DNA from: a virus
Lineage: Duplodnaviria; Caudoviricetes
DNA: 64,000 nt
Strand: one strand, 5' to 3'
Virus record (IMG/VR): IMGVR_UViG_3300033066_000778
Span: 32,001 to 96,000 of that record
The position numbers and the translations under genes were made by a program. The notes beneath the pieces were generated by a model. It saw only the letters and a list, made by a program, of their open reading frames with translations. It was not told the origin of the DNA and searched no databases. Below are positions 29,449 to 39,314 of this stretch, in pieces; position 1 is the first letter of the stretch; each line of letters begins with the position of its first letter.

Positions 29449-30152
29449 TAGACTGTTGTTTCTTCTTTTTTCGTATGCTTGAGGAACTCAGCCAAAGCTG
29501 ATCGAGTAGCAGTTTTCATATCGGCTGTCCAGTTCTTTTTGAGTCTATTGCTTTCCTTCTTTATCTGTTGAAGAACGGGACGCCAGTGTGGTCTTGCTGG
29601 TATGTTTCTGCTTGGTACGCCAAACTCTAGCCAACGTGCAAGGTCAATCATTTTTACTGGTTTCTTTTGTTTTACATACATCTTTTCGATTACTTTTTCT
29701 AACTTTTTTGCTTTTAACCTTTTGATAGTAGTAGTTAGGTCTTCCTTGGTCATTTGTGAATAGGCAGCACGAAGTGTTTTCTTACGCATTATTGGTGTAT
29801 GTTCTTCATTACGGAAACCAACAACATATGCTGTAGGAAGGCCATTACCTGTACTGTCGTAGACTGGAATAGCAGAAATACTATCTACGTATTCTCCAGT
29901 AAACATTAGTGGATTTGTGCTGTTACCATGCTTTGCTTTCCAAGCAAGGTATGAATTATGTCTTCTACTTTCAGAACGTTCAGCCTTAAAGTTAAAGGCA
30001 TTACTCCGTATTTTATCTTGAAGTCTTGTTACGATTGTTTCAGCATACTCTTGTAAGTTTTCCTGCATAACAGGAATAACTGTTGAATTAAACGTCTCAA
30101 CAATTATGCTTCCCCAATCTGCTGTTGGCTTAGTAATGATTATCTTAGACAT
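29448..30152 (-). CDS. Neck/tail completion protein (HK97 gp10-like motif)
   Basis: PLMFTGEYVDSI and ARWLEFGVPSRNIPARPHWRP motifs. Confidence 0.7.
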   Translation of the reverse strand: MSKIIITKPTADWGSIIVETFNSTVIPVMQENLQEYAETIVTRLQDKIRSNAFNFKAERSESRRHNSYLAWKAKHGNSTNPLMFTGEYVDSISAIPVYDSTGNGLPTAYVVGFRNEEHTPIMRKKTLRAAYSQMTKEDLTTTIKRLKAKKLEKVIEKMYVKQKKPVKMIDLARWLEFGVPSRNIPARPHWRPVLQQIKKESNRLKKNWTADMKTATRSALAEFLKHTKKEETTV

Positions 30153-30613
30153 TAGTAGTTAGATATAACAGTAGTACCCTCTGAGGGCTTTTCGTAACGG
30201 ATTCGTTTAACTTCAACTATATGAGAAAGAGGAATCTGTAGGTTTGATCCATAGTCAACTGGGTTAGTCTGTGTAACCAAATAGTAGTCATTCTGTACTT
30301 CGATTTGGTCACCAGTACCGGGCCATTCAACGTTCTTTTCCCTAAGAAGGTCCAAACTGAAGTAAATAAGTAAAGAACGGACTTCATCCATTCCGAACTT
30401 AGTCATGTAGTTTTCCCACTTTGATAAGTCAGGGATATAGGCTTCGATTGAATATGGCTCGTCATACTGCTTATTAGGGTTTTCTCCGTATACGTTATTA
30501 AACTGTTGGCGTTTAACTTTGTATACTTTAACAGGAAAAAAGAGATCTTTGTAGATCTCCACGTTTTTCCTTTGAAAGAAAGCTATGTCAGCAGGTTTTA
30601 GAAAAGTAGGCAT
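30152..30613 (-). CDS. Neck/head-closure protein (T4 gp14-like)
   Basis: NNVYGE..K.YDEP..IEAY...MTKFGMD...PGTGDQI pattern. Confidence 0.75.
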   Translation of the reverse strand: MPTFLKPADIAFFQRKNVEIYKDLFFPVKVYKVKRQQFNNVYGENPNKQYDEPYSIEAYIPDLSKWENYMTKFGMDEVRSLLIYFSLDLLREKNVEWPGTGDQIEVQNDYYLVTQTNPVDYGSNLQIPLSHIVEVKRIRYEKPSEGTTVISNY

Positions 30614-31752
30614 TAAATCCCCATTGCAATAGCAATTTGACGGTGCTTACGCTTCTTTCTCTTAGCTGGAGTAGTAGCCGGACCTAGATCTCTTGTATCG
30701 TCTAATTCGCCACCAAAGGGTTTAACTAGACCAAGCTCAGGATGGCCCATTGGCTGACTAAACGTTGGAACCATTGACGTAAGCATATTCTCAAATAGAC
30801 TTTCGTTAATTGGTTCAGTTTGCTCTTCAATGTCCGGAGCAGTAGACGTAGGTAACTCCTCAGTTAGAGTAAGAGCCTTGAGATTCTTGAGAATACCCTT
30901 ATCAAAGTGTTCCTGTAAGTTCGCTGTTACGATAGCAAACTCATTAAGGATATCTAGGCAATGGATCTGAATAAGCGTAGACTCATCTGCTCTAGTCTTT
31001 GCCCTGTTTGCACTACCTATAAGATGTTGTCTTTCTTGTGCTACCAATCCAGTTGCTGGACCGGAAAGTTCCTTTGCTTCTTCTTTACCTTCTGGGTAAT
31101 CTTCAAACTTTTTATGCGGTAGTGCTGTCGGAGGAACTTTAGTCTTACTAGCTCTATTTTTAGTAATGTAAGCATTAGCCGTTTCAGCATCTAGTTCTGT
31201 AAGGACGTTTTTGAACCCATCAAAAAAAGTACTCTCTTTTACCATTGACTTGCCATCCCATCCTTTTATGCCAGACTGCGTAATCGGATTCTTATCCTTA
31301 AAACCTAGTTCTGCTCTTTTCTGTGCTATTGTTAGGCTCTTTGCTTTTTCAATGTCATTTTGAGCAGTTTCAGCATTTTTGAAACCATGTGGAATAGGTT
31401 TTACAACATAATTTTCAAATGACGGACGGTTATACGTTCCCATCCCAGTTTCATCACTTACGTGAGGTAACGTCATCCCAGCAATTTCTTCTTTAGTTCC
31501 ACCCTCAGAAGCAATCCTACGAACAGCATTTCTTGTTATTGTTGGTACATCTTTATCTGCCATGAGCTTAGAAGGCTCTACACCAAGCTTAAAAGCTTCT
31601 TTTGCTGGCCCTAATGCTGTAACACCACCAGATATAACTTTGTACTCTTTTGGTGTAATACTATACTCTTTATCTTCATCTGCTTTTGGATTTTTATTTC
31701 CAAAAATACCTAGAGAACGTAAACGATCAGTAAAAGAACGAGAGTCAGCCAT
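30613..31752 (-). CDS. Hypothetical protein, candidate protease-processed internal head protein
   Basis: 379 aa, charged, several hydrophobic-x-E sites (MVKE, VLTE, ILNE, NLQE, INESLFE). Confidence 0.55.
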   Translation of the reverse strand: MADSRSFTDRLRSLGIFGNKNPKADEDKEYSITPKEYKVISGGVTALGPAKEAFKLGVEPSKLMADKDVPTITRNAVRRIASEGGTKEEIAGMTLPHVSDETGMGTYNRPSFENYVVKPIPHGFKNAETAQNDIEKAKSLTIAQKRAELGFKDKNPITQSGIKGWDGKSMVKESTFFDGFKNVLTELDAETANAYITKNRASKTKVPPTALPHKKFEDYPEGKEEAKELSGPATGLVAQERQHLIGSANRAKTRADESTLIQIHCLDILNEFAIVTANLQEHFDKGILKNLKALTLTEELPTSTAPDIEEQTEPINESLFENMLTSMVPTFSQPMGHPELGLVKPFGGELDDTRDLGPATTPAKRKKRKHRQIAIAMGI

Positions 31753-32492
31753 TAAACGTACCTCGGAAATAGATCAGCCCTTGAAGACTGAATTTCATTA
31801 AGAAGGCGATTTTGCATTGAAGTAGCTTCGGCTACCATTGCATCTCCGTCCAAGTGCATGACTGTTCCAGCTACAGGGATTTTATCATATTTCCGTCTAG
31901 CTCTTCCGACGATTAACATTGCTTCGGTAAGAGCCCAATCCGATACCCATTTATGTGAATGAGGAGGAATTGACGTTAAATCATCTTTATGAGGAAACGT
32001 CAATTCCACATCAACAAAAAGCTGCTGAGATCCGTAAAGGTATAGTTTTAATCTAAACGTTTCTGGATCAATGACGTAAGCCCAATCAGGATCAGATGCT
32101 AGTTCACGCGAAACAGTCTTAATCCATCTACGGCGTAAGTCTAGATACTGTATATCCATATAAGTATCACCAACACCGTAATAGACAGGAACACCAGATA
32201 GTAATTGGGATTCAACAGCTAAACCAGAATTCATTCCTGGTTGGATACCAGGGGAAATCATTATGTCTTTAACACCAGTAGCACCTTCGGGACAAATGTG
32301 ATATGTCATACCGGCTAAAGGTGTAACAAAGTTTTCTTTCTTGGTAAAAGGTTTATACCGCGAGAAAACTTCAACTGTTCTCTTGATGGCTAGGTTAAGA
32401 CCGGCTTCGCCTATTTCGATAGGAACACCAACACCCGCCTCGCCACCAAGAGCTACTGGTAGTTCCTGTTTAAGAACTGTAGCATTAAACAT
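31752..32492 (-). CDS. Neck adaptor protein (T4 gp13-like)
   Basis: C-terminal WVSDWALTEAMLIVGRARRKYDKIP...HLDGDAMVAEA matches the gp13-type pattern. Confidence 0.8.
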   Translation of the reverse strand: MFNATVLKQELPVALGGEAGVGVPIEIGEAGLNLAIKRTVEVFSRYKPFTKKENFVTPLAGMTYHICPEGATGVKDIMISPGIQPGMNSGLAVESQLLSGVPVYYGVGDTYMDIQYLDLRRRWIKTVSRELASDPDWAYVIDPETFRLKLYLYGSQQLFVDVELTFPHKDDLTSIPPHSHKWVSDWALTEAMLIVGRARRKYDKIPVAGTVMHLDGDAMVAEATSMQNRLLNEIQSSRADLFPRYV

Positions 32493-32968
32493 TAGTCAGC
32501 AAATTTCTTTCTTAGCTTGCTTAAGAGTTCAGGACGTGTCTTGAAGTCAGTAATGTTGTACTTGACAGCGAATTCCTTAAGCTCTTCAAATGACATCTTT
32601 CTCATCTCATTAAAAGAAGGAATAACGCTACGTCCACCAGCCATAGCTTCTTCAAGAATCTGTGCGATATCTTTCTTAGGTTCGTCTTTAATCTCTGGTA
32701 AAATTGGTGTTGACCGAGATTCCTTTTCAGGAGCAGGATCTCTTGTTTCGGTTGGTGTACTAGCTGAATCTACAGATAAGAGTACTAAACCACGATCAAC
32801 CGCTTTAGCTTCCTCTTCTGATAGTTTATCGAGATCCATACCTTTCTTCCAAGCAGAAAGGAAGTACTCCCCTTCCACCATGTAACCAGGAGCAACGAGC
32901 TTTCCGATCCCAGATGGAGTTGGTACTTGTACTCTATAGTGTTTGTTATTTATAAAGATTGGCTGCAT
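32492..32968 (-). CDS. Head-associated protein: shared N-terminal module plus Rho_N/HeH-like C-terminus
   Basis: N-terminus FINNKHYRVQVP...VAPGYMVEGEYF shared with four upstream genes; C-terminus MSFEELKEFAVKYNI...RPELLSKL. Confidence 0.6.
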   Translation of the reverse strand: MQPIFINNKHYRVQVPTPSGIGKLVAPGYMVEGEYFLSAWKKGMDLDKLSEEEAKAVDRGLVLLSVDSASTPTETRDPAPEKESRSTPILPEIKDEPKKDIAQILEEAMAGGRSVIPSFNEMRKMSFEELKEFAVKYNITDFKTRPELLSKLRKKFAD

Positions 32969-32983
32969 TTGTAAATCCTTTAT

Positions 32984-33184
32984 TTATTTAGGTAAAATAC
33001 CTATACCCATTTTTTCTAGATTCTTCTCAACATCTGATTTTTCAGATGAAAGATCAATAGTTTTACGATTGTTTTTTAAGGCATTTGCCATTCCTCTTGT
33101 ACCGAGTTTTCCTTCTTTTTTGTCTTTTTGGATTTGCTTAATTACATTATGCATTGCAACTTGTAGTGCGAAATCTTCATTCAT
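32984..33184 (-). CDS. Small hypothetical protein
   Basis: 66-aa ORF with AGGA upstream, after the capsid terminator. Confidence 0.5.
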   Translation of the reverse strand: MNEDFALQVAMHNVIKQIQKDKKEGKLGTRGMANALKNNRKTIDLSSEKSDVEKNLEKMGIGILPK

Positions 33185-33194
33185 ACTAAGTCCT

Positions 33195-33235
33195 AAAAAG
33201 AGTAAAGGTGGTTGCTGTTATACAACCACCTTTAC
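33195..33235 (-). terminator. Intrinsic terminator downstream of major capsid gene
   Basis: 13-bp stem GTAAAGGTGGTTG/CAACCACCTTTAC (33202-33214, 33223-33235) followed by TCTTTTT on the minus strand. Confidence 0.85.
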
Positions 33236-33257
33236 CAACCTCTAGCCTATGAGGCTA

Positions 33258-34670
33258 TTAGGCATTGTCAATGAGGCCCTTGGCGTAGAATAGACCGTTA
33301 ACCGCTTTTCTTCCGAAATGCGTCATAACAGCCTTTCTGAACATTAGGTCATCAAGCTGTACAGTAGGTGTTGAGTAGAATGGAATCCATGGTGCGTAGA
33401 CGTATCCGGCATCATAGAAGTTCTGACCCTTATAGCCAAGAAGGAAGTTAGCGGAACCGAAGTCACCAACAGTGGTTGAAGTTAGGAAGGGGTTCTTCCA
33501 AACCTTCCACTTACCAGCGAGAACGCCAGAGAAGACAACACCGGGGCCGTTGAGGTTTCCAGCGGATTCGAAGAGAGGATGGGACTCAATGATCGTAGCA
33601 GCGTCAACTCCACAAACGATCCAGTTAGCGAACCCTCTACGTGTCTCTTGGAATACCATGTTACTACCAGACTGTAGTGTCTTTACTAGAGCCATCTGGT
33701 GAGTAAACCATGGGATTGAAGGGCTAGAAGGAGCCGCGTCGAATACAACTGATCCAGCGGAAGCGATTCTCCATAGGTCATTGATAACAATGTTGTCGAT
33801 GGAGAAACGGATCTGTTGGGCAAGAGCTTCCGTAAGTTCCTGTTCCGCGTCGAGGCCATAGATCGAACGAAGCTGTGCAGCAACGTCGGCGGACCAGATG
33901 ATACGGAGGGCTTCCTTACGAGAAACGACTGGGCTATTGGTTAGCTGGGCGTCGATCTGTGGGATTGGGTTGTTAGCGAAGTTTGGTCCTTCACTGTTGT
34001 AATCATACGTAGCCTGAGCGGTAGCGACAGAACCACCACCGGAAACTGTCCACGTATAAGCACCAGTCATATAGTTGATATGGAGCGTAACAGTTTCACC
34101 AGCTACTGTGGTAGTTGGAGCACCGTTGCCATTGTCAACTAGAGTACCGGAATTGCCTAGCCCTGACGTGTAGGTAACAGTCATTGAACCAGGACGGATT
34201 GGAGCGTAAGAAGTGCTTGAACCACCACCAGAAAGCGTTTCAACGTCGATGGTTTCTGATGGGTAGTTGTAAGCATTCTCGTTCATACCACGGCGAGCCC
34301 CGGCAAGTACGTCACCCTTCTTGATCTTACCCTTGGTAGAACCAGCGGTAAAGTCAAAGTAGAAGATCATACTTACTGGGCCGTCCATAGCCTGAACAGA
34401 CACGAGGTCAAGAGAGGCAAGATTAGGCCATACGGTCCTGATCATTGGGAAGATGAACTTTTCGAACGTCGCAATGTTGGACGTACGGACATCTTCGTTT
34501 AACTGAGAAACGTGTTTATACTGCTCTTCAAGGATCATCGCAAGGTTACCCTTTTCCCAGGGATTCTTGATGTCCTCTACATAGCCCGCCCACTCTTCAA
34601 TGAGCTTTGCGCGCTTATCAGTAACTTGTTCGGAAATATCCTGTAGCTTCTTCATATTTTTAATCTCCAC
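33258..34670 (-). CDS. Major capsid protein (T4 gp23-like)
   Basis: FPMIRTVWPNLASLDLVSVQAMDGPVSMIFY, YGLDAEQELTEAL..QI..SID, LLGYKG..FYDAGYVYAPWIP; probable maturation site QLNE/D. Confidence 0.95.
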   Translation of the reverse strand: MEIKNMKKLQDISEQVTDKRAKLIEEWAGYVEDIKNPWEKGNLAMILEEQYKHVSQLNEDVRTSNIATFEKFIFPMIRTVWPNLASLDLVSVQAMDGPVSMIFYFDFTAGSTKGKIKKGDVLAGARRGMNENAYNYPSETIDVETLSGGGSSTSYAPIRPGSMTVTYTSGLGNSGTLVDNGNGAPTTTVAGETVTLHINYMTGAYTWTVSGGGSVATAQATYDYNSEGPNFANNPIPQIDAQLTNSPVVSRKEALRIIWSADVAAQLRSIYGLDAEQELTEALAQQIRFSIDNIVINDLWRIASAGSVVFDAAPSSPSIPWFTHQMALVKTLQSGSNMVFQETRRGFANWIVCGVDAATIIESHPLFESAGNLNGPGVVFSGVLAGKWKVWKNPFLTSTTVGDFGSANFLLGYKGQNFYDAGYVYAPWIPFYSTPTVQLDDLMFRKAVMTHFGRKAVNGLFYAKGLIDNA

Positions 34671-34686
34671 TTTTTTCTATCTTAAA

Positions 34687-36354
34687 TTAAGACGCACGAG
34701 AATAACTGAGGCTCTTGGAGAGCTTCTTAGCTAGAGAAAGACCATAATCGGATACACTGTTGGATTCATTAAGTTTCGCTACAGAACCTTCGATGTTCTG
34801 AACTGACTCAGTGAGTTCCTTCTTTTCCTGCCTCATGCCCTTAACAGAAGCCATACCCATGATTGCTTCGTCAATAGCTTTCTTGGTAGGTGAACGCTGA
34901 ATTGCTTCAGCAATGACCTTACGTGCAGCATTGTTGTCCTTTAGACCAGCCTTATCAAGCTCTTGTAGAGCATAGACTTTGGCAGCTAGGAGACGATGAC
35001 GAGTCTGTAGTTCATCAAAGGTTTCTACAAGCTTGTCATAATTTGCACGAAGATCGGAGTCCTCAGAAAGAACGATTTTTCCGGTTTTTGCGCCTTCTTC
35101 AATCTTTTCTTGAAGCTTCTCAACAACGCGGGAATACGCTTGATTCTCAGTCGTTCTACGATCATGCTCAACAAGATAAGCGGCAGCAAATGCACGAGCT
35201 ACAGCATTGTTTTCAGTTTCCTGAAGCTGAACAAGTGTAAGTGCGATATTGGTTAGGGCTTGAACGCGGGTATCTTCGTCAACTTCTGATTCATCTTCAC
35301 GGCCTTCCATGAAGTTGTTTACAGAGTTATTGATGTCAGCAAGAACGCCAGCGTCGCCGGGGTTAATAGCCCAACCTTCACCTGGAGGTGGAGGAGGCTC
35401 CATAGGAACGGTACGAACGAAACCTTGATCGGCAGACCCCTGCGTATCTTCTTTTACGTCCTCGTCCTTTTCACCCTTCTTCTTTTTCTTCTTCTTTTTC
35501 TTATCCTCGTCGTCGTCCTCATCCTCGTCAGACTCATCGTCTTTCTTCTGGAATGGGAACTCTTCAACTAAGTCGAACTTAATTCCGTTGCGCTTAGTGT
35601 TGAGGTTGTGGATAAGAGATTCAGTAAGTCCGCGAAGTTCAGGGGCCTCAGAGCTTAGTTTGGTTAGTTCGATAACCAAGTCAGTAATCGTAGATTCAAC
35701 AAAGGGCTTCGTTGATTCATTTAGATCATTGCTCTTGAGGCAAAGAACAGTAGCAGCCTTCTGCTCAAGGTAATTTAACTTTTCCCTTGCACTCATGTAA
35801 TTCTCCTGTATTTCTTTAATTTCTTCATTTTCTGTAGATTCACTAATTACTTTGGGATAGGCACCTGGAGTTGAAGGAGCAGCTACAAAGTCAAAAGTTA
35901 AAAGCTTGAAGTCAGATTCCTGTACGATGAAAGTTCCGTCTGGTCCTTTAGTCAAAGAACCCTTAGCGCGTGAAGAAATACCAACTGGTACTCCCGCTTC
36001 TAAGAGTTCTTTAATCAACTTACCATCTTCTGTTTCTAGGATTTCTGCTTTACCAATTACTGTTCCATCTTGCATCATCTCAAGGAATGTGATAATGTGA
36101 GAGGCACCTTTTAACCTTGGCGTAGAATCTGCTGGGTGATCGACGTTACCCAACATTCTTTTTGTTTCTAGGCATTCAAGAATGTTTCGATCCTTTAGGA
36201 CGTTCTCCCAAAGTTTCCGTGGATAAATACGACCGTTTGCGTTTTTTACGTCTGCTTTTTGAAATACTCCTTCAACGACAAGTCTCCCGTTCCCCGATGA
36301 GTTCTCAAGAATCTTCGGAGTGAAAGAAATTGTGTCAACTAGTAATTCAGCCAT
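34687..36354 (-). CDS. Prohead protease (T4 gp21-like) fused to scaffold (gp22-like) region
   Basis: GVFQKADVKNANGRIYP, GNVDHP, ASHII, GISSRAKGSL, DFVAAPS in the first ~170 aa; acidic coiled-coil remainder with many LxE sites. Confidence 0.9.
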   Translation of the reverse strand: MAELLVDTISFTPKILENSSGNGRLVVEGVFQKADVKNANGRIYPRKLWENVLKDRNILECLETKRMLGNVDHPADSTPRLKGASHIITFLEMMQDGTVIGKAEILETEDGKLIKELLEAGVPVGISSRAKGSLTKGPDGTFIVQESDFKLLTFDFVAAPSTPGAYPKVISESTENEEIKEIQENYMSAREKLNYLEQKAATVLCLKSNDLNESTKPFVESTITDLVIELTKLSSEAPELRGLTESLIHNLNTKRNGIKFDLVEEFPFQKKDDESDEDEDDDEDKKKKKKKKKGEKDEDVKEDTQGSADQGFVRTVPMEPPPPPGEGWAINPGDAGVLADINNSVNNFMEGREDESEVDEDTRVQALTNIALTLVQLQETENNAVARAFAAAYLVEHDRRTTENQAYSRVVEKLQEKIEEGAKTGKIVLSEDSDLRANYDKLVETFDELQTRHRLLAAKVYALQELDKAGLKDNNAARKVIAEAIQRSPTKKAIDEAIMGMASVKGMRQEKKELTESVQNIEGSVAKLNESNSVSDYGLSLAKKLSKSLSYSRAS

Positions 36355-36360
36355 AGTACC

Positions 36361-36771
36361 TTATCTATCTATGTAAACCGTTCTTACTGGTGGTCCACCA
36401 GAAGCCGGTAATGGTGGTAAACTTGGAGTGTTATCATTGAATGGTTCAAACTCACCTGTAGCCTGATTGATCAGTACCTTTGGGAAGTTCCAGGCCATTT
36501 TAATAATTACATCCACTACTTCAGGACTAAATCTAGGACCAAATTGTGAAAGGATTATCTTAGTTTGAAACCGATCAAATCTGGCCGAGATCTTATAGTC
36601 GGAGGTAAAGAAGTCATACTTCTCGTCCTCCTCCCCTTCCATCTCATCGAAGTCATAAGCCCGTTTGAAGATGATACACTTGGACTTATTACCTTGAAGC
36701 ATCCTAACGCCGGGTTTTTCAATGTCGCTAGTTAGCTTTTCGATGAAAGCAAGGAGCCGTTCTTTAATCAT
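36361..36771 (-). CDS. Hypothetical protein
   Basis: 136-aa ORF, TAATG-coupled. Confidence 0.6.
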   Translation of the reverse strand: MIKERLLAFIEKLTSDIEKPGVRMLQGNKSKCIIFKRAYDFDEMEGEEDEKYDFFTSDYKISARFDRFQTKIILSQFGPRFSPEVVDVIIKMAWNFPKVLINQATGEFEPFNDNTPSLPPLPASGGPPVRTVYIDR

Positions 36772-37130
36772 TAGTCTTGTTTACCACAAATTGCGGATAG
36801 AGCGGTCATACGCTTGTTTACTTCGTTTAGAAGCTGAACAAGACCAGCAGAGGCAAGTACATCAGACTTGTCTAAAAGCTGTTCATAAGCTGACTTATTC
36901 GCTGTCTTTAGACGTTCAGGGTATGGATACGTACCCGTTGTAAACGCTACGCCTGGGGCCTTACCATTTACAGTAGCAGTAGACATGTTGTGCGTAAGGT
37001 TATAGAGAACACTCTGCATGAGTCCAGCAGCTTGGTCAAGAGAATCTAACTGGCGATCAATAGGATCAGTTGGATCATAAAGATCGTAACGAGCAGGATT
37101 CTGGGGAATTGTAACATTAAAAGCTGGCAT
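36771..37130 (-). CDS. Hypothetical protein
   Basis: 119-aa ORF with GAGG RBS, first gene after an AT-rich gap. Confidence 0.6.
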   Translation of the reverse strand: MPAFNVTIPQNPARYDLYDPTDPIDRQLDSLDQAAGLMQSVLYNLTHNMSTATVNGKAPGVAFTTGTYPYPERLKTANKSAYEQLLDKSDVLASAGLVQLLNEVNKRMTALSAICGKQD

Positions 37131-37226
37131 ATTAAAAACCTCTTTCTTAGTATGTGATTAGTGAATAACCCTAAATATATAGGACGAAAAGTAGACGAAA
37201 ATTATGGATTTATTGAAAATACAACA

Positions 37227-37802
37227 TTACTCTGCATTACGAGAAAGTTCTGAAATTTCAACCTCACCGTATTGAGGTAGTTTCCTCGTAATCTGAAAAT
37301 GTACTTCGGGAATAGAAACCGTAACTTGTGTATCTCCAGGTAGTAAGGCACTGAAAAACCCGTGTTGATTCGTTACTATAACCAGATCATTTTTTGAGAG
37401 TAATAGGTTCTTTTCATATTGAGGAATTGGACTCAGGCGAATGAACACCTTTGCGTTTTGAACAGGAGCTAAATCAAGATACTTTATATACCCGTAGAGT
37501 AAAACTTTGTCTTTAATGTTCTCATTGAGAAAACGCGTACTACCATACATTGTTAGATTAAGTGGCGTCGTACCAACAGTAATGACTTGAGGTTGGTTGA
37601 ACGTTACTTTTTCTTTATAAGCAAACACCTTATACGTAGCATTCTGTGGTAAAGAAGTTGTAGCAATACCCTCAATGTTTGAAATTAGATTAGGTACGAT
37701 TGACGCAGTTAGTACGTTTGTCCATATTGACAACGTAGTATCTGCAATAGGCTCTTCGTTCAAGCTATTTTTAACAGTAATTGTAACAGGTATTAAAGAC
37801 AT
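37227..37802 (-). CDS. Two-domain prealbumin/carboxypeptidase-regulatory-like beta-sandwich protein
   Basis: EPIADTTLSIW...SNIEGIA and GYIKYLDLAPVQNAKVFI...TNQHGFFS repeats. Confidence 0.55.
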   Translation of the reverse strand: MSLIPVTITVKNSLNEEPIADTTLSIWTNVLTASIVPNLISNIEGIATTSLPQNATYKVFAYKEKVTFNQPQVITVGTTPLNLTMYGSTRFLNENIKDKVLLYGYIKYLDLAPVQNAKVFIRLSPIPQYEKNLLLSKNDLVIVTNQHGFFSALLPGDTQVTVSIPEVHFQITRKLPQYGEVEISELSRNAE

Positions 37803-38134
37803 TAGTTTCTCTTTAAGTTAGCAATGCAGGGCGAAGCCCATTGAAGGAAACAGTCCTCACCGTTAAAGACGTAAACGTCTTTCTGGACCATAACACCATT
37901 TTCTTTAATCTCAATAGTAATACGCCATTCCCTTGCTACGTATGACGGTGTTGTAGAAGGAAATGGCGTTGGTGTTACATACGGAGGATTAGTTGGGACT
38001 GGTGTTTGGTAAATTGGAATAGTTGCTGTAGGTCTTGGGGTTGGCCTAACCGTAGGAACGGGTGTGGGAGCCCTATAGTACTGCCCGTATAAAGGCATCG
38101 TCGCAAGACCTAACAGCAAGACTAATCTCTTCAT
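37802..38134 (-). CDS. Secreted Pro/Thr-rich protein
   Basis: Probable start MKRLVLLLGLATMPLYG (signal peptide) at 38134, which removes the overlap with the upstream gene; PTP linker. Confidence 0.6.
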   Translation of the reverse strand: MKRLVLLLGLATMPLYGQYYRAPTPVPTVRPTPRPTATIPIYQTPVPTNPPYVTPTPFPSTTPSYVAREWRITIEIKENGVMVQKDVYVFNGEDCFLQWASPCIANLKRN

Positions 38135-38141
38135 TGTAGGT

Positions 38142-38780
38142 TTAGTTACCCCCACCTTGTCCTGGTCCGCCACCTTGATGGGTATTGAAGTAGTCACGAG
38201 CAAGGACTTTATCCAAACTCATATCCTGTAGTTTGTCAGGACGATTAGTGTCAGTACCAAAGTTTGACCAAGGATTCGTTGGGTCGAAGTGTTCTACATA
38301 GGTAAGGAACGCAACAAGGTCTGGTTCAATGTTATACTTGGCATAAATGGAATTCTGCCAATCTTCCTCGGACATCTTTAGAATGAAGTTTACGTTATTC
38401 CAAACTTTCTGTAGATCCGTAAGATTCCAAGCCGTTGGTGTAGCAGGATCCGATGGAGCGAAACCCCATCTTGCTAGTTTAACAATGAAGGACTTTTGAT
38501 CAGCTGACGTTACTCCAACTGAGATTGGATTAGCTACAGTGATGATTCCATCCTTATTCCAAGGGAATGGACCCCATGAAGCATCCCACTCGTCAATAAG
38601 AGGAGTCTTCCAAACTTTTCTGAATACATCGAGCCAACTGTTTGGTGGTGTATTCGGTGGCTGTGGGGGTGCAGTTGGTCCATTGACTTTATCAGAGAGG
38701 GCTTTTACCTCTGCTTTTAAAGCGTCAAGGGAATCTGCTAGTTTCTGTAGAATGTCGAAAAGTTGTGAATCGGTAGGCAT
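38142..38780 (-). CDS. Hypothetical protein with N-terminal coiled coil
   Basis: 212 aa; AAGGAG RBS. Confidence 0.6.
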   Translation of the reverse strand: MPTDSQLFDILQKLADSLDALKAEVKALSDKVNGPTAPPQPPNTPPNSWLDVFRKVWKTPLIDEWDASWGPFPWNKDGIITVANPISVGVTSADQKSFIVKLARWGFAPSDPATPTAWNLTDLQKVWNNVNFILKMSEEDWQNSIYAKYNIEPDLVAFLTYVEHFDPTNPWSNFGTDTNRPDKLQDMSLDKVLARDYFNTHQGGGPGQGGGN

Positions 38781-38794
38781 TGTTTACTCCTTTA

Positions 38795-39306
38795 TTAGGC
38801 CCATGTTGCAAGGGTTGTTTTAACCCAAGTATCTGTTGCAGTACATACGTAAATTGCATCAGCTGTAATACGAATTTCACCTAAAGTCCCGGCTGCTGAT
38901 GCTGATGCTGGCGCGGTATCGAGACTAGAAAAACTTAATCTGCCAACACCATCACACGTATCTATTACGACTCGCCCTGGATTGCCGCCGTTGATACCGG
39001 AAGCGCCACGTATACTAACGTTTCCGCCATTCTCAGCTGTATGTGTATCAATTCCATCGACGGCTGGAGCGGCCTGTATTGTTACGTACCTGTGCCAGAA
39101 ACAGTATCTGGATCGGGTGGAATTTCATAGTTATAGACTACAGTAACATTTAAATCGTCGGCTAAACGAGTTAAGTTTATTTTGTCATATAGTCCTAAGT
39201 AGTAGTTACCACTGATAATCCCTTGTCTTGGGACTTTTACTTCCTTTTGGTAACCGGGAACTATAATTTCGTAGTCGTTGTCGTTTCTAAAAAAAGCTAT
39301 TGCCAT
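38795..39306 (-). pseudogene. Frameshift-split fibre/decoration gene
   Basis: 74-aa ORF stops at 39082; the -1 frame continues from 39085 to TAA at 38795 (VTIQAAPAVDG...APASASAAGTLGEIRITADAIYVCTATDTWVKTTLATWA), a recognisable fibre-tip motif with no start codon. Confidence 0.75.
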
Positions 39307-39314
39307 AATTACCC

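Noticed and set aside
32947-32954. Second TATAAATA on the minus strand
   Set aside because: It lies within codons F-I-N-N of a conserved protein motif; probably coincidental.
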